Shown here in pieces: positions 26,549 through 35,036 of a stretch of 39,923 nt of DNA. The notes below the pieces were generated by a model. It worked only from the letters and a program-made list of their open reading frames with translations. It searched no databases and had not been told where the DNA came from. Source of the DNA: a virus (Duplodnaviria; Caudoviricetes). The position numbers and the translations under genes are program-made. Positions within the stretch are counted from its first letter, which is position 1, and every line of letters begins with the position of its first letter. The stretch lies in IMG/VR virus record IMGVR_UViG_3300035492_000269, positions 1 to 39,923 of that record. One strand, written 5' to 3'.

Positions 26549-28785
26549 AACACCGGCTCCCTCGGTGTCGATGGCTGATGTGCCCACGATTTCCAGTCAT
26601 CTGGCCGCAAGTAGGCGTAAGGCCGGATGCCATAGCGCCCCTGCGGTGCCAGCCGCCGCCGTCGCCAACGCAGCCGGTGCATCACCTGGCCAATTCGCGT
26701 TTGCTCTGGCCTGCCCCAGTGGCCGGGGTCCATGTTCAACGCCTTTTCCAGCAGCACATCGCTGGTGACAGTCTCACAGGGGTTGTCTTCCAGCCAACGC
26801 ACAATGCGCGGCTCCCAGGCATCGCCTTGAAAGCGCAGATCCTGTTCAGCGGTGAACATATCCATCTCGTCGGTCTGCGGCCACCAGGGCTCGCCAGCCA
26901 GATACAGCTCATAAGCCTCTGCCCACAGCTGGTCGCGCACCTCGGCCAAGCCGGTCAGATCCACCTTGGTACAGTCCACCGGCCAATAGCGGCGGTTACC
27001 CGTTGGATCGCGCAGGTATTCGTCCTGGTTGGTGGTGCCGGCAAAGACGCACTGTCTGGGCACGTCCACCGTGCGCCGGGCATAACTGGCCCGGAAGGTA
27101 TCCGTAGTCGCGCCAAAGAACTGCTTCGCCTTGGTACTCTCAACCTTGTTGAAGGCATCCAGCTCGCCCAGCTCGATCAGCCACTTGCCGCGGATCTGCT
27201 GAAACGCCTCTTTGTCCCCAAGCGGAAACGGCGTATCCATAAACCACTCGCCACCAAGGATCGACAGCGCAGTCGACTTACCCCGCCCCTGCAAGCCCTC
27301 AAGGATGATCACACAATCAGCCTTGGCGCCTGGTTTCATCACCCGCGCTACCGCAGACACCAGATAGCGCATACCCATAATGTCTGGGTAGTCCTCGCGG
27401 TCAGCCAGAGCACGGCCACCCAGGTACGTGCGCAACCAGCTGCGCAAGCGCGGCACACCATCCCAGCGCAGGCTCGCAAGGTACTCGCGCACCGGGTGCC
27501 ATTGGTGATCATGGGCAACCACACCCACCGCCTCCAGCACCGTCAGGGCCTTCACACGCAAGCCATACTGCTCGGCCAGCCAGATTGCCGTGCGCGTGTC
27601 GTCCAGGTCGCTCCACTCCCCTGCCTTGCCGCCATAGGGCGTGGCACGGCGCTTCACCGTCTTGGAGCTGAAAATATCCTCGGCAATCACCCCGGCCCAG
27701 CGCTCATCATTCGCGAGAATCAGCGCCACGTTCACCACATGCGCCACCAGTGCCCCGGTATTGCTGCGGTGCAAGTGCTCCCGCCAGCCGCCTTCGGCAC
27801 GGGGCCGAACCACCGCCATCACCTGCCGGCGCACCGCCTCAATACCCTCGGCCACATGCAGGTCGTTAAAGTCGGTCCACTTGTCTTCCCGCTCGCCCTC
27901 AAACAGCGGCATCACCACCCGGCCACCCACTACTGCAGCGGCGTTCTCAGCCTTCTCCTGCCCCGGATTCCAGGGCTCGCCTTTGGCGTTGGTGGTCTTC
28001 CAGTCGTCATCCGCGCAAAACACAAACTGGCGACCGGGGTAGCGCTCGCGCATTGCCTCGGCCACCGGCATCAGGTTGCCCGCGTCAAAGGCGATGGCCA
28101 CGCACATGCCGGTGGCCAAATGCAGGCTTGCGCCGGTGGCGTAGCCCTCACACAACAGCACCGCTTCACCCGGCTCCGGATGCGGCCCAATCAAGCAGAA
28201 CGCGCCCTCTTTCTGCAGGCCGGGCGGCCAGTAGCGTTTGCTCAGGCCGTCTTCATCTGGCTTATCAAACAGAATCTGCAGCCCCACCACCTGGTCGCGC
28301 ACGTTCAGCATTGGCACCAAAGCCGTGCCCGGCTTACGACCAAACCGCACCCCCAGCGCGGTGACCTGTTTGCGCTCCAGATACGCAGAGCGGCCACGCT
28401 CTGGCAACGTCTTCCACATGGCAGCAGCGCGCCGCCCTGCCCTTGCATGCCGCGCTGCCTGCTTGGCCGCCTCGCGTTTTTTGGTGGCATCAATCCGCGC
28501 CTTGATGACCTTGCGGTCTTCCTCGCTCATGCGGCCGCCAACCGGCTTTAACTTGTGAAAGTCGCCCTTGCTGCCCTCACGCCAGGAGCCGAACGCCCCC
28601 GCGTAAAACGTGCGCCCATCGTTCCGGTGCTCGTAAATCACATAAAAACCGGTGCGCGCTTTGCCCTGGTCGCCGTTCGCCTTGCAGCGGGTACGCACAC
28701 CAATTTCAAGCGGCGTGTCCGGGTCCAGCCCGGCATCGCGCAGTTGTGCCAACACGTCTTCCAACAGCTCATGTGCCTCAGCCAT
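26545..28785 (-). CDS. Primase-helicase: TOPRIM plus VapE/VirE ATPase
   Basis: LCEGYATG, AFDAGNL, ADDD, TDFND TOPRIM motifs; GLQGRGKST, IELGELD, GTTN...L.D.TGNRRYWP. Confidence 0.9.
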   Translation of the reverse strand: MAEAHELLEDVLAQLRDAGLDPDTPLEIGVRTRCKANGDQGKARTGFYVIYEHRNDGRTFYAGAFGSWREGSKGDFHKLKPVGGRMSEEDRKVIKARIDATKKREAAKQAARHARAGRRAAAMWKTLPERGRSAYLERKQVTALGVRFGRKPGTALVPMLNVRDQVVGLQILFDKPDEDGLSKRYWPPGLQKEGAFCLIGPHPEPGEAVLLCEGYATGASLHLATGMCVAIAFDAGNLMPVAEAMRERYPGRQFVFCADDDWKTTNAKGEPWNPGQEKAENAAAVVGGRVVMPLFEGEREDKWTDFNDLHVAEGIEAVRRQVMAVVRPRAEGGWREHLHRSNTGALVAHVVNVALILANDERWAGVIAEDIFSSKTVKRRATPYGGKAGEWSDLDDTRTAIWLAEQYGLRVKALTVLEAVGVVAHDHQWHPVREYLASLRWDGVPRLRSWLRTYLGGRALADREDYPDIMGMRYLVSAVARVMKPGAKADCVIILEGLQGRGKSTALSILGGEWFMDTPFPLGDKEAFQQIRGKWLIELGELDAFNKVESTKAKQFFGATTDTFRASYARRTVDVPRQCVFAGTTNQDEYLRDPTGNRRYWPVDCTKVDLTGLAEVRDQLWAEAYELYLAGEPWWPQTDEMDMFTAEQDLRFQGDAWEPRIVRWLEDNPCETVTSDVLLEKALNMDPGHWGRPEQTRIGQVMHRLRWRRRRLAPQGRYGIRPYAYLRPDDWKSWAHQPSTPREPVL

Positions 28786-29005
28786 GGCGTACCCCCTTTT
28801 GCTTGTGCTCAAACAGTGCTTGGCAATCCACGCAGCGAATGCAGCCGCAGCTGCTCAGCGCCGCCAGGCGTTCAGGTGCAATCGGGTCGCCGCAGTCTTC
28901 ACACTCAGGCGCGACCGTGCGCAAGGCATTGGCCGAACGGTCGGCCAACGTGCGGTCCAGGTAGCGCTGCACGTTGTCGGTGGCAATATCCGCGTTATCA
29001 GCCAT
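28778..29005 (-). CDS. TraR/DksA C4 zinc-finger protein (PtrB/PA0612-like)
   Basis: MAD.AD.A start; CEDCGDPI..ERL....C.RCVDCQ. Confidence 0.9.
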   Translation of the reverse strand: MADNADIATDNVQRYLDRTLADRSANALRTVAPECEDCGDPIAPERLAALSSCGCIRCVDCQALFEHKQKGVRHG

Positions 29006-29537
29006 GGGCTGGCCCTCCCTCAACGTGGTGGTCCAGCGTGCGCTCAAGCAGCAACAACGCGCCGTAAACGCGCTGAATGAGCTGCTTACACTCGGCCGCC
29101 TCGCTGTGGTCCAGCACCCCATCTGACAGGTGGTGCCCCAAGCGCTCTAGCAGGCCGCTCTGCTTGCGCAATGCTTCGCCCGCGCTCGTCAGCACCTCTG
29201 CCAGAGCCTCTACCTCGCCCCGGTGCTCACGCTGCTGCCGCTCAAGCAACGGCTGCAGGTCTACCCAGCAGGCATTGCCAAAGGCCGCAATCATGGAATC
29301 CACAATGCGCGGGTCGCGTGTGTAGGCGGTGATTTCTTCAACCTCAACGGGCGTGAGGTTATGAGTGCGCTGAGTGGGGCTCAGCTTGTGCTGCATGGTG
29401 GAAGGGTTACGCCCATATTGGGCAGCAAAACCGGCGGTACCGCCGGGCATTTCACGTAACGCGTGATAACAAGCAAGCTCCAGCGGCAACAACTCCCGCT
29501 TGGCCCGCTCGACGCAACTCATGGCTGCTCGACTCAT
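28998..29537 (-). CDS. Phage regulatory CII-family protein (186-type)
   Basis: PGG..G.A...GRN.ST.QHKLSP...THNL, C-terminal L.DG.LD..E; lies downstream of cro. Confidence 0.8.
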   Translation of the reverse strand: MSRAAMSCVERAKRELLPLELACYHALREMPGGTAGFAAQYGRNPSTMQHKLSPTQRTHNLTPVEVEEITAYTRDPRIVDSMIAAFGNACWVDLQPLLERQQREHRGEVEALAEVLTSAGEALRKQSGLLERLGHHLSDGVLDHSEAAECKQLIQRVYGALLLLERTLDHHVEGGPAHG

Positions 29538-29590
29538 GGCAGTTCTCTCCAAAGTCTGCCAGTGCCACAGCACACCTGTTTTGCTACAGT
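29537..29590 (+). promoter_or_regulatory. Putative establishment promoter (pRE/pE-like) with candidate CII sites
   Basis: GTGCCA-17 nt-TACAGT with extended TG; inverted repeat TGGCAG (29537-29542) and CTGCCA (29556-29561) just upstream of the -35. Confidence 0.55.
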
Positions 29591-29595
29591 TGCGC

Positions 29596-29966
29596 TGTGA
29601 GCACTGTCCCAGTGATCACAAACCCCTGGCCGGCTGCTCTGTGGTGGAAACGCCGGCCAGAAAAAAGGCATGGGCCACCGCTCCGTGGTGCCCGTGCCAA
29701 CCTGCCCGCCTATCTGTGGTGGAGACGGCGGGCAACCAACGGCCGGTAAATCTGTGGTGGAGATACCGGCAAGTCCTGATCCAATCAGGTCGGTGATAGC
29801 CGGGCATGCCCGGCAGTCACTACAGCTACATCAACCGATCATCTGTGGTGGAGATGTCGGCCCGGCTTACGCCGGAAGAACTTGGTCTTGGCCCAGCCTC
29901 CCGGCTGTACCGCGACCGAATCCAGCCCGTTACGGGGCTGGCTTTCATCACTGCCATGGAGAGCAG
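29596..29966. ncRNA. Structured cro-cII intergenic element: hairpin array with invariant GTGGTGG/CCACCAC loops
   Basis: Four hairpins (29626-29660, 29703-29734, 29742-29770, 29835-29860) share TCT-GTGGTGG-A(G/A)A while their outer stems differ in sequence yet remain paired; further hairpins are interspersed. Confidence 0.7.
29661..29698 (-). terminator. Putative tR1-like terminator before cII
   Basis: Minus strand GGCACGGG...CCCATGCC stem followed by TTTTTT; contains the CACCAC variant. Confidence 0.55.
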
Positions 29967-29990
29967 ATGTGAAATATGAAACCAAGCGCC

Positions 29991-30221
29991 TTACGCTGCG
30001 GCCTTTCTTCGTGCGACCCGCGTAAGTATTTCCTCTTCACTGAAAGGCTCGCCTGCAGCCTTCGCCAAAGCTGCAGCGTACGTTGTCTCCCCGGTGTAAT
30101 CAGTCCTGGGCAGAGCACCTGCAGCCAGCCACTTGTAGACCGCGCGAGCACTGACCCCGCAGATACCTGCAGCTGCAGTTACGCCGCCAACCTTTGCAAC
30201 AACCTCTCTCAGAGCGCTCAT
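29991..30221 (-). CDS. cro: Cro-like repressor
   Basis: GGVTAAAGICGVSARAVYKW HTH and LPRTDYTGET; divergent from cI. Confidence 0.9.
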   Translation of the reverse strand: MSALREVVAKVGGVTAAAGICGVSARAVYKWLAAGALPRTDYTGETTYAAALAKAAGEPFSEEEILTRVARRKAAA

Positions 30222-30234
30222 AGACAAACCTTTC

Positions 30235-30306
30235 TGAACTTTAGGTACAGATTAACTCGGTACTGAAAGTACAGTCAAGCACGTGCAATAGTGAACCCAT
30301 GGTACA
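30235..30306. promoter_or_regulatory. Right operator: three 15-bp sites plus divergent pR/pRM
   Basis: TGAAC-N5-GTACA (30235-30249), GGTAC-N5-GTACA (30259-30273), TGAAC-N5-GTACA (30292-30306); TTGACT -35 on the minus strand at 30273-30278. Confidence 0.8.
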
Positions 30307-31030
30307 AAATGACGAACTAAGACAAGCCTTTGCCCAACGCCTGAAAGCCGCCCTAAAAAATGTGGGGCAGGAATCTTGGGGGGCTGGCGTTTACTTGCGC
30401 GACGTAGCCGGTGTTTCCGACAAGGCAGCCAGCAAATGGCTGAATGGCGAGACTATGCCTGGCCGTGCCAACATGCTCACCATCGCACACCATCTGGGTG
30501 TACGTGTCGAATGGCTTCAATACGGCGAAGGCTCGCCAAGCAGCAAAGATGTTAAGGACAACAACGTGATAACCGCTGATTTTGCAGGTCGCGGCCGTCT
30601 TAAGGATGGCGAGATCTCAATCCCCCAGTACAACATCCGTGGCGCCATGGGTCATGGACAGGTGCCCGCCGATTACATCGAAACTGTCCGCCACCTGACG
30701 CTGCATGAGTCCCACCTGATTGGCCGGGGAATCTCGTTCAGCAAGGTTGAAAATCTTGCAGTGATCACCGGGTGGGGCCAAAGCATGGAAGGCACCATCA
30801 ACGACGGAGATCCGGTCATCATCGACCGCGGAGTTGACGCCTTTGTAGGTGATGGTGTTTACGTGTTCACTTGGGACAATCTTCTGTACATCAAGCGTCT
30901 GCAGAAGCACTCACCTACTCAGTTCGACATGATCAGCGACAACAAACAGCATAAAGATCAGATAGTTAATGTAAATGAAATAAGAATTCATGCTCGCGTA
31001 GTTCTAGTCTGGAATGCAAAAAAACTATAG
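30299..31030 (+). CDS. cI: CI repressor, XRE HTH plus S24 autopeptidase (PrtR-like)
   Basis: GVSDKAASKWLNGE..P HTH; GQSMEGTINDGD (Ser) and YIKRLQ (Lys). Confidence 0.95.
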   Translation: MVQNDELRQAFAQRLKAALKNVGQESWGAGVYLRDVAGVSDKAASKWLNGETMPGRANMLTIAHHLGVRVEWLQYGEGSPSSKDVKDNNVITADFAGRGRLKDGEISIPQYNIRGAMGHGQVPADYIETVRHLTLHESHLIGRGISFSKVENLAVITGWGQSMEGTINDGDPVIIDRGVDAFVGDGVYVFTWDNLLYIKRLQKHSPTQFDMISDNKQHKDQIVNVNEIRIHARVVLVWNAKKL

Positions 31031-31053
31031 CGCCACCGGTTACATGGATCGTT

Positions 31054-32901
31054 ATGTCATCAAAAAACCAGCAGAAACAGCCTTTAGATAAAAAAATAGA
31101 TAGCCTCAAACAGGCACTGGCAGCGAATCAATTTGAGCCGTACATCAGGCACATAAGATTCCCCCATTTCAAGAACTTATCACCTGGCCTTAGCTTATCT
31201 TTTGACTTCCCAATCACAGCGTTAGTCGGGCCAAACGGATCAAACAAAAGTTCAATACTACGGGCTATAGCTGCCTGCCCTCATTATGAGAACCTAGGAG
31301 ATTACTGGTTTTCAACCGACATCGACCCCATAGATGAAAAAGGTGGACGACCACGCTATATCTTTGGGTATTTCAACCCCCCAACAAAATCAATCGTTGA
31401 AGTAATCCAAACACGCATTAAAAAAGAAAAAGACCCTGATTATTGGGAACCCTCTCGACCTATCATTAAAGATGGCATGACCCCCATGCCAGATATCGAT
31501 AAAAGCTTGAGCGGGACCAATCTCAAGGAAGAGCTAAGCAGACTCGGCAGAAAAAAAACCAGATGGTCAGGCATTGAAAAAAACGTATTACTCATTGACT
31601 TCCGAAACGAGATAAGCGCATTTGACAAGGCGCTTTATCATGGCGACGCTAGCTCCCACTCTACAAGAAAAAAGGGGAAAGAGTTTCTAAGAGACAGGTC
31701 TAAGCACCTAAAAAAAGTAATTCAGGAGAACTTGAGTAGCTACAAACCTTTCAAGGGGAAAGAAGAAAAAATCTTACTTCGCGTCGAGCTCACCCAGGAA
31801 GAAGTCGATCAAATATCTTTGATACTTGGACGAGAATACAAAAAAATATCACTAATAAAGCATACGTTATTTGATAGCGAAGGCTTTACTGCAATCATGT
31901 CAACAAACCACTTAGACTACAGCGAGGCATTTGCTGGAAGTGGAGAATTCGCGGTTGTCATGCTGGTTTACAAGCTAAACCAAGCCCCCGCCAAAAGTCT
32001 GATAATCTTAGACGAACCGGAGGTATCCCTACACCCTGGAGCCCAAGTAAAACTGTCTGAATTTCTGATTTCAGTCTGCCTTGCAAACAAACACCAAATA
32101 TTTATAGGAACACACTCAAAGTTCATAATAGAGGCACTTCCAGCAGAAGCAATAACCCTGCTTCAACAAAATCAGATAACCGGGAAAATGGTAGCCCAGC
32201 AGAAAGTTAAGGCCAGTGAAGCATTTTTTCATCTCGGCCACTTAGCGCCGAACAAAACGAAAGTTTTCGTAGAGGATCGACTAGCCGAAGAGCTCGTAAA
32301 ACGTTGCCTCCGCACCATGGGCCCAGGTGCTTTCGACCAATTTGAGATAATTGCATTTCCCGGTGGCGCTCAGACCATTTTAGGCAAATGCATCCCAACA
32401 TTAGTTCAAACAAATGACAACAACAGCTTAATATTCCTTGATGGAGACCAAAAACCCGCTAATGCTCCGCGCATGGCGAACAGCATCCCTGCCACAGATA
32501 CCGAAAGCATCACAAAAGAGATAAAAAACATAACAGGCATTGACCAAATAAAATTCGCGCTACACAGCGGAACAAAAGAGGAAAAAAAACTACAGCAAGA
32601 AAAATTAGAGAGAAGCTACCTAGAGTTCTGCAATAACAATCTTTACTACCTTCCCGCCAACACCCCTGAAGAGTTCATCTGGAATGCTCTTGAGCTTGAC
32701 AAGGAAAGCAAATACAATAGCAGTCCGAGCCATAAAGACAAATTCGCAAATCTCACTCGAGACGAGCTTGCCAAAATGGACAACGAGCAAACCACTTCTG
32801 ACGAAATTCTGAGCCTTCAAGTGCGGTACCTAGCTAAAATCACTGAAAGCAACGAAGACATACAAGGCATATGTGAAATACTTAAAAAGTATCACAACTA
32901 A
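31054..32901 (+). CDS. ABC-ATPase plus TOPRIM nuclease (OLD-like)
   Basis: Walker A GPNGSNKS, signature AGSGE, Walker B/D-loop IILDEPEVSLHP, H-loop GTHS; TOPRIM VFVED, PGGA, LDGD; low GC. Confidence 0.85.
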   Translation: MSSKNQQKQPLDKKIDSLKQALAANQFEPYIRHIRFPHFKNLSPGLSLSFDFPITALVGPNGSNKSSILRAIAACPHYENLGDYWFSTDIDPIDEKGGRPRYIFGYFNPPTKSIVEVIQTRIKKEKDPDYWEPSRPIIKDGMTPMPDIDKSLSGTNLKEELSRLGRKKTRWSGIEKNVLLIDFRNEISAFDKALYHGDASSHSTRKKGKEFLRDRSKHLKKVIQENLSSYKPFKGKEEKILLRVELTQEEVDQISLILGREYKKISLIKHTLFDSEGFTAIMSTNHLDYSEAFAGSGEFAVVMLVYKLNQAPAKSLIILDEPEVSLHPGAQVKLSEFLISVCLANKHQIFIGTHSKFIIEALPAEAITLLQQNQITGKMVAQQKVKASEAFFHLGHLAPNKTKVFVEDRLAEELVKRCLRTMGPGAFDQFEIIAFPGGAQTILGKCIPTLVQTNDNNSLIFLDGDQKPANAPRMANSIPATDTESITKEIKNITGIDQIKFALHSGTKEEKKLQQEKLERSYLEFCNNNLYYLPANTPEEFIWNALELDKESKYNSSPSHKDKFANLTRDELAKMDNEQTTSDEILSLQVRYLAKITESNEDIQGICEILKKYHN

Positions 32902-32903
32902 TC

Positions 32904-33929
32904 ATGAGCATTGACGTTTTCGATTTTTTCTCTGGCTGCGGCGGCACTAGCTGCGGCTTTAAGGCTGCAGGATTCAATATCAAACTTGGCCTAGATATTG
33001 ATCCATCTGCATCAAAAACCTTTGCAGAGAACTTCCCAGAAGCAGAAGTCATAAACGGTGACATTAGAGCACTTTCTACAGACGCGCTCAGTACTGCTAT
33101 AGGAGCCAGGAAAAATAAAATTTTGTTTTCCGGGTGTGCGCCTTGCCAACCATTTTCCAAACAAAACAGGCAAAATAAACCTTCTGACGCTCGCGCCACA
33201 CTATTAGATGAATTTGCTCGATTCGTTGAGCACTGGCTGCCTGATTATGTTTTTATCGAAAACGTACCCGGCATGCAGAATAATTCAAGGAAAAGCGCTA
33301 TATTTAACCGCTTTCTCAAAACTCTGGAAAGGCTGAACTATAGTTACGACTCTGAAGTCGTGGAAGCGCAATGGTTTGGAGTTCCACAAAAACGGCGCCG
33401 ACTGATCCTTGTTGCATCACTCAATAGCCCAGTCAAAATTCCCCAAAGGACACACGGCCCTGATTTGAAGCCCTATTCAACAGTACGGGAATGGATCTAC
33501 GACCTACCCCGGATCAATCACGGCCAAGTCCACCAAAGCGATCCCGACCACTTCGCCCTCGGCCTATCCGAGATAAACTTGGCACGGATTCGGCTTACTC
33601 CCGAAGGCGGAGGCCGAAGCTCTTGGCCAGAGTCACTGCTCATCAATTGCCATCGCAATTACAGCGGTCATACCGATGTATATGGCAGGCTTAGCTGGGA
33701 CAAGCCTGCGGTCGGCCTGACAACCCGCTGTATCAGCTACTCCAACGGGCGTTTTGGCCACCCAGAACAAGATAGAGCTATCAGTCTCAGAGAAGCTGCA
33801 TGCCTACAAACCTTTCCACGAGACTTTCGTTTTCACGGCACCAAGTCGTCGAAGTCGTTGCAGGTGGGCAATGCTGTACCCCCGCTGATGGCTCAGGCAA
33901 TCGCACAAAGCTTTACCAAAATGCAATAG
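32904..33929 (+). CDS. DNA cytosine-C5 methyltransferase
   Basis: FFSGCGG (I), PCQPFS (IV), ENVPG (VI), Q.RRR (VIII), RAISLREAA.LQTFP (IX), QVGNAVPP (X). Confidence 0.95.
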   Translation: MSIDVFDFFSGCGGTSCGFKAAGFNIKLGLDIDPSASKTFAENFPEAEVINGDIRALSTDALSTAIGARKNKILFSGCAPCQPFSKQNRQNKPSDARATLLDEFARFVEHWLPDYVFIENVPGMQNNSRKSAIFNRFLKTLERLNYSYDSEVVEAQWFGVPQKRRRLILVASLNSPVKIPQRTHGPDLKPYSTVREWIYDLPRINHGQVHQSDPDHFALGLSEINLARIRLTPEGGGRSSWPESLLINCHRNYSGHTDVYGRLSWDKPAVGLTTRCISYSNGRFGHPEQDRAISLREAACLQTFPRDFRFHGTKSSKSLQVGNAVPPLMAQAIAQSFTKMQ

Positions 33930-33982
33930 CTAAACCCATTTAGTTGGCTGGGCCAGCCTTAATCTGCCCTAGGCTCTGCAAC

Positions 33983-34011
33983 TTTACAAATATGTACTTT
34001 TGGTTCATATT
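33983..34011 (+). promoter_or_regulatory. pL-like early promoter with left operator
   Basis: TTTACA-17 nt-CATATT; operator TGTAC-N5-GTTCA at 33993-34007 matches the cro/cI operators. Confidence 0.8.
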
Positions 34012-34014
34012 CTT

Positions 34015-34039
34015 CTCGTCTCTCCACCACAGAGCCGAG
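34015..34039 (+). promoter_or_regulatory. 5' leader hairpin with CCACCAC loop covering the RBS
   Basis: CTCG-T-CTCT-CCACCAC-AGAG-C-CGAG; the 13-mer TCTCCACCACAGA is the exact reverse complement of the array repeat. Confidence 0.65.
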
Positions 34040-34046
34040 GTAAGCA

Positions 34047-34208
34047 ATGAAGACCACCACACTCCACGCGCTGCCATCCTGCAGCGCAGACCGCATCTTT
34101 GAGCTGCGCAGAGCCGCACGCGACGCCGGCGCCCGGTATGTTGCCAGCCGGCCGCGCCTGGTCAGCCGTGCGCCCTCCTCTTCACCACAGGGAGGCGACG
34201 CAGCATGA
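34047..34208 (+). CDS. 53-aa Arg-rich first gene of the pL operon (absent from the ORF track)
   Basis: GAGG RBS; MKTTTLHALPSCSADRIFELRRAARDAGARYVASRPRLVSRAPSSSPQGGDAA; ATGA overlap with the next gene. Confidence 0.75.
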   Translation: MKTTTLHALPSCSADRIFELRRAARDAGARYVASRPRLVSRAPSSSPQGGDAA

Positions 34209-34735
34209 GCATGCTCACACTTAACCCCGCCAGTCACGCACGCCTGCCAGCACAACTGGCACTCAACGGCACCTTTGAACACACCCTGCGCAACAGCCTG
34301 GGCGTTAGCACCACCGTGCGACTGCTGGTGCTGCAATGCAGTCACGCGGTTGAGCTGACTGTGAGTAGCAGTCAGGGCCAGAGCAGCATCACCCTCAAGC
34401 GCCCGGCCTGCCCAGAACGGGCTGCGCGGTTTATCCAGGGCGCGGCCAACGGCGTGCACGCAGAAGCCACCCAGCTGGACGAGTGGGATCTGGTCAGCGA
34501 CGTAGAAAGCACCCTGCGCCGGGCGGTCGTGCTGCGGCAAGGCACCCAGCAGTTCACGACAGACGACGAGCTGGACGTGGAGGTGACCAGCTCACCAGAG
34601 CGCACCTGCATTCAAGTGCATGACACTCGCCTATGCATGGCCCTGCCGGCTGACCCCGAGACGGCCTATCAGCAACTGCACGAGCTGCTGCAGCGCTTTC
34701 TCAGCGCCTGCCGCAGCACCGCACAGGTAGCCTGA
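34205..34735 (+). CDS. Hypothetical early protein
   Basis: 176 aa, GGAGG RBS, coupled in the operon. Confidence 0.75.
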   Translation: MSMLTLNPASHARLPAQLALNGTFEHTLRNSLGVSTTVRLLVLQCSHAVELTVSSSQGQSSITLKRPACPERAARFIQGAANGVHAEATQLDEWDLVSDVESTLRRAVVLRQGTQQFTTDDELDVEVTSSPERTCIQVHDTRLCMALPADPETAYQQLHELLQRFLSACRSTAQVA

Positions 34736-34745
34736 GAGGTGGCCC

Positions 34746-35036
34746 ATGTACGCATATACGTTGCAAAGCGCTGCTCAGGCGCTGGGCATCACGCGGCCAG
34801 AGCTGATCAAGCGCATGCGCGCCAAAAGGCTGCTGAACGACCGCAACCTGCCCGCCCAACCACAGCGGCACCGTGCTTATCTGTTTGTGCACGAGAGCAG
34901 CTGGCCGCACCCGTCACTTGGCATGCAGTACAGCAGCTCTACCCGCATTCGCCGGGACGGGCTGCGCTGGCTCGCCTTCCAGCTCGACATGCAACCGCCG
35001 GCACCGCCACCACCGGACCGGGCAGATGTCGCGTGA
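34746..35036 (+). CDS. KilA-C/ANT-like DNA-binding protein
   Basis: TLQSAAQALGITRPELIKRMR...LL...NLP and final T.I...GLRWLA pattern. Confidence 0.65.
   Translation: MYAYTLQSAAQALGITRPELIKRMRAKRLLNDRNLPAQPQRHRAYLFVHESSWPHPSLGMQYSSSTRIRRDGLRWLAFQLDMQPPAPPPPDRADVA

Noticed and set aside
26578-28551. 657-aa + strand ORF
   Set aside because: Antisense shadow of the high-GC primase-helicase gene with no recognisable motifs; the same applies to most overlapping ORFs in the track
29638-29851. Chi sites
   Set aside because: TGTGGTGG does not match GCTGGTGG, and Chi function would not require hairpin stems
29626-29860. Repeat array as a CRISPR or mini-CRISPR array
   Set aside because: The conserved unit is only about 13 nt, spacing is irregular (75, 38, 91 nt), the variable parts pair with each other around the repeat, and no cas genes are present
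29626-29966. RsmY/RsmZ-like CsrA sponge
   Set aside because: The loops read GUGGUGGA, not ANGGA, and the A of GGA is paired in the stem; only one hairpin (29951-29966, AUGGA) fits. Not fully excluded
31054-33929. Retron or Gabija system
   Set aside because: No reverse transcriptase or UvrD helicase in the window; the partner is a C5 methyltransferase
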